A DNA stretch of 64,000 bases from Mobula hypostoma (lineage: Eukaryota): assembly GCF_963921235.1 (NCBI RefSeq), contig NC_086097.1, positions 158,908,001-158,972,000 on the forward strand, written 5' to 3'. The notes under the pieces were generated by a model. That model was not told where the DNA came from. It did no database searches and saw nothing but the letters and a program-made list of their open reading frames with translations. Made by a program: the position numbers and the translations under genes. How positions within the stretch are numbered: position 1 is the stretch's first letter; the number at the start of each line of letters is the position of its first letter. Positions 62,431 to 64,000 of this stretch are shown piece by piece.

Positions 62431-62929
62431 TTTTTATAAAGTAAATGTTTTGACAGATGTTTTATAAGCTATGCATTATTATACACATTTTGTACTCCAC
62501 ATTTGTAAAAAGTAAATTTTGTGCAAGGGAAATTGTTCATTGGCTTAAGATCAGTTCTTATCTTTCTTTCCTTTAAACTGAAAGGATTGAAGTTCAAATG
62601 CCGTGAGAGACTTGAACAGAAAATGTCCATGCTCCAATCCATTACAATATTGATTTAGTGTTTGTACCTCTGCACTCTTCCACTGGCTGTCTTCAGAGAT
62701 ATCGGATTTGCCTCATCTGGGGATTCCTATCAATTCACATGTATCAGAGAATCAACAACATTATCTTTTCTTCACAGAGTTAGACCATTAGTTCTGGAGT
62801 TCCCCAAGGATTCTTCCGTAGCCTCTTATTCTTTTTCATCATCAAGGGCCACCATGCAGATTTCAGCTGAACATGAAGCTTCTGGCTTTATGCACATGAT
62901 AACTTAGTGCTCCACTTCACAACTGTGTT

Positions 62930-63370
62930 TTTACCAGTGTCTGGTTAGTTGAAACAAAAAGTGATAAACAGGATTTACTTTGTGTGAGGAAGTTCATTAG
63001 GGAATTGCAACTAGGCAAGGAAATACACAATAAATGGAAAGGTATTGGGAGGAGTCAAAATAAAGAGGGACCTGGGTGTGTATGCCCACAGATCCTTAAG
63101 GTTAGGACAACAAAACAATAGGTTTGTGAAGGTGCAATAGAATTTAAAAACATGAAGATTATTTTTGAAATTCACACTTTAGTTAGCCCATAGTTCAATT
63201 ACAATGCATAGTTCTGGTCACCAGATTACAGGAAAGATGTGACTCTATTGTGGCTAGGACTGAACAGTTATAATTTTGAGGAAAATGTTAGGAAGGTAGA
63301 GTTACATTCTTTGGAACTAACAAGGTTAAGGGCATATCTAATTGAGGTGTTTTTAAATATAAGGGACCTT
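62930..63370 (+). mobile_element. Old CR1 fragment
   Basis: AGAGGGACCTGGGTGTGTATG and CATAGTTCTGGTCACCAGATTACAGGAAAGATGTG (QFWSP.YRKDV-like). Confidence 0.65.
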
Positions 63371-63419
63371 TGTTGGAGAAACTTACTTCAGATGCACCAC
63401 TAGACATTAGTTGGTTGGT

Positions 63420-63840
63420 TCGTTGTATGGTTTACTATTATTGTCACATATACAAGATACCGAAAAAAACTTAATTTATGTGCAACCCAGACACATCATG
63501 CTGTACATTACTATCGAAATAGTAGAAAGAAAACCAAATATAGAATATAATGTTATAGTTACAAAGAAAGTGCAGTACACAGATAAATAAAGTGCAGGGG
63601 CTGGAAGGTCAAAAGTACATCCTTCAATGTATAAGAAGCCCATTCAAAAGTCGAATAACAGTGGGATAGAAGCAGTAGCAGTATTTGAAATTGATGATTT
63701 GTGCTTTCAGGCTTTTGTATCTTCTGCCCAACAGGAGAGGTAAGAAGAGAGATTGAATGAGGTGGGAGAGTCACTGTTTTACCGAGGTAGCAGGAAGTGT
63801 CAACAGAGTCAGTGGAGGGGAGTTTGGTTTGCATGACATG
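63420..63840 (-). mobile_element. Rex1/Babar 3' fragment
   Basis: TTTACTATTATTGTCACATATAC tail; antisense LPSTDSVDTSCYLGK..CCTGTTGGGCAGAAGATACAAAAGCCTGAAAG. Confidence 0.65.
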
Positions 63841-63841
63841 C

Positions 63842-64000
63842 AAAAGAGATGGGGGAGATTTTGAACAATTTCTTCAGTATTCACTTAGAAGAGAAACATT
63901 GAATTGTGTAAGGTAAGGGAAACAAGTAGGGCAGTTATGGAAACTATGATGATTAAAGAAGAGGAAGTGCTGGCGCTTTTAAGGAATATAAAAGTGGATA
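63842..64000 (+). mobile_element. CR1 ORF2 fragment running off the window end
   Basis: KEMGEILNNFF..IKEEEVLALLRNIKVD matches ORF 32586-32909. Confidence 0.85.

Overview
This is eukaryotic (vertebrate) DNA, not prokaryotic. The repeat repertoire suggests a cartilaginous fish, probably a ray or shark (inference): CR1 LINEs with an SGNH-esterase ORF1 and (CTTATGGT)n/(TTCTATGT)n tails, HE1-like V-SINEs, Rex1/Babar, L1, RTE, two Penelope-like (PLE) families, Tc1, Tigger and hAT-Charlie. Well over half of the window is transposable-element debris, and almost every long ORF in the supplied track is a broken TE ORF or its antisense shadow. No intact host gene is recognisable; the window looks intronic or intergenic, with only weak candidate exons. 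Highlights: (1) two multi-level nested insertion stacks whose order can be read from target-site duplications (TSDs); (2) short retroposons that share and swap tRNA/CORE heads and RTE-like bodies and tails; (3) decayed minimal hammerhead ribozymes in both PLE families; (4) a near-perfect 56-bp-arm palindrome inside an internally deleted Tigger; (5) an ~870-bp non-coding element with a Rex1-type tail and an ETS/YY1-like head. I found no evidence of a genuinely new gene system. All family names come from motif recognition by eye, not database searches, and boundaries without a TSD are approximate.
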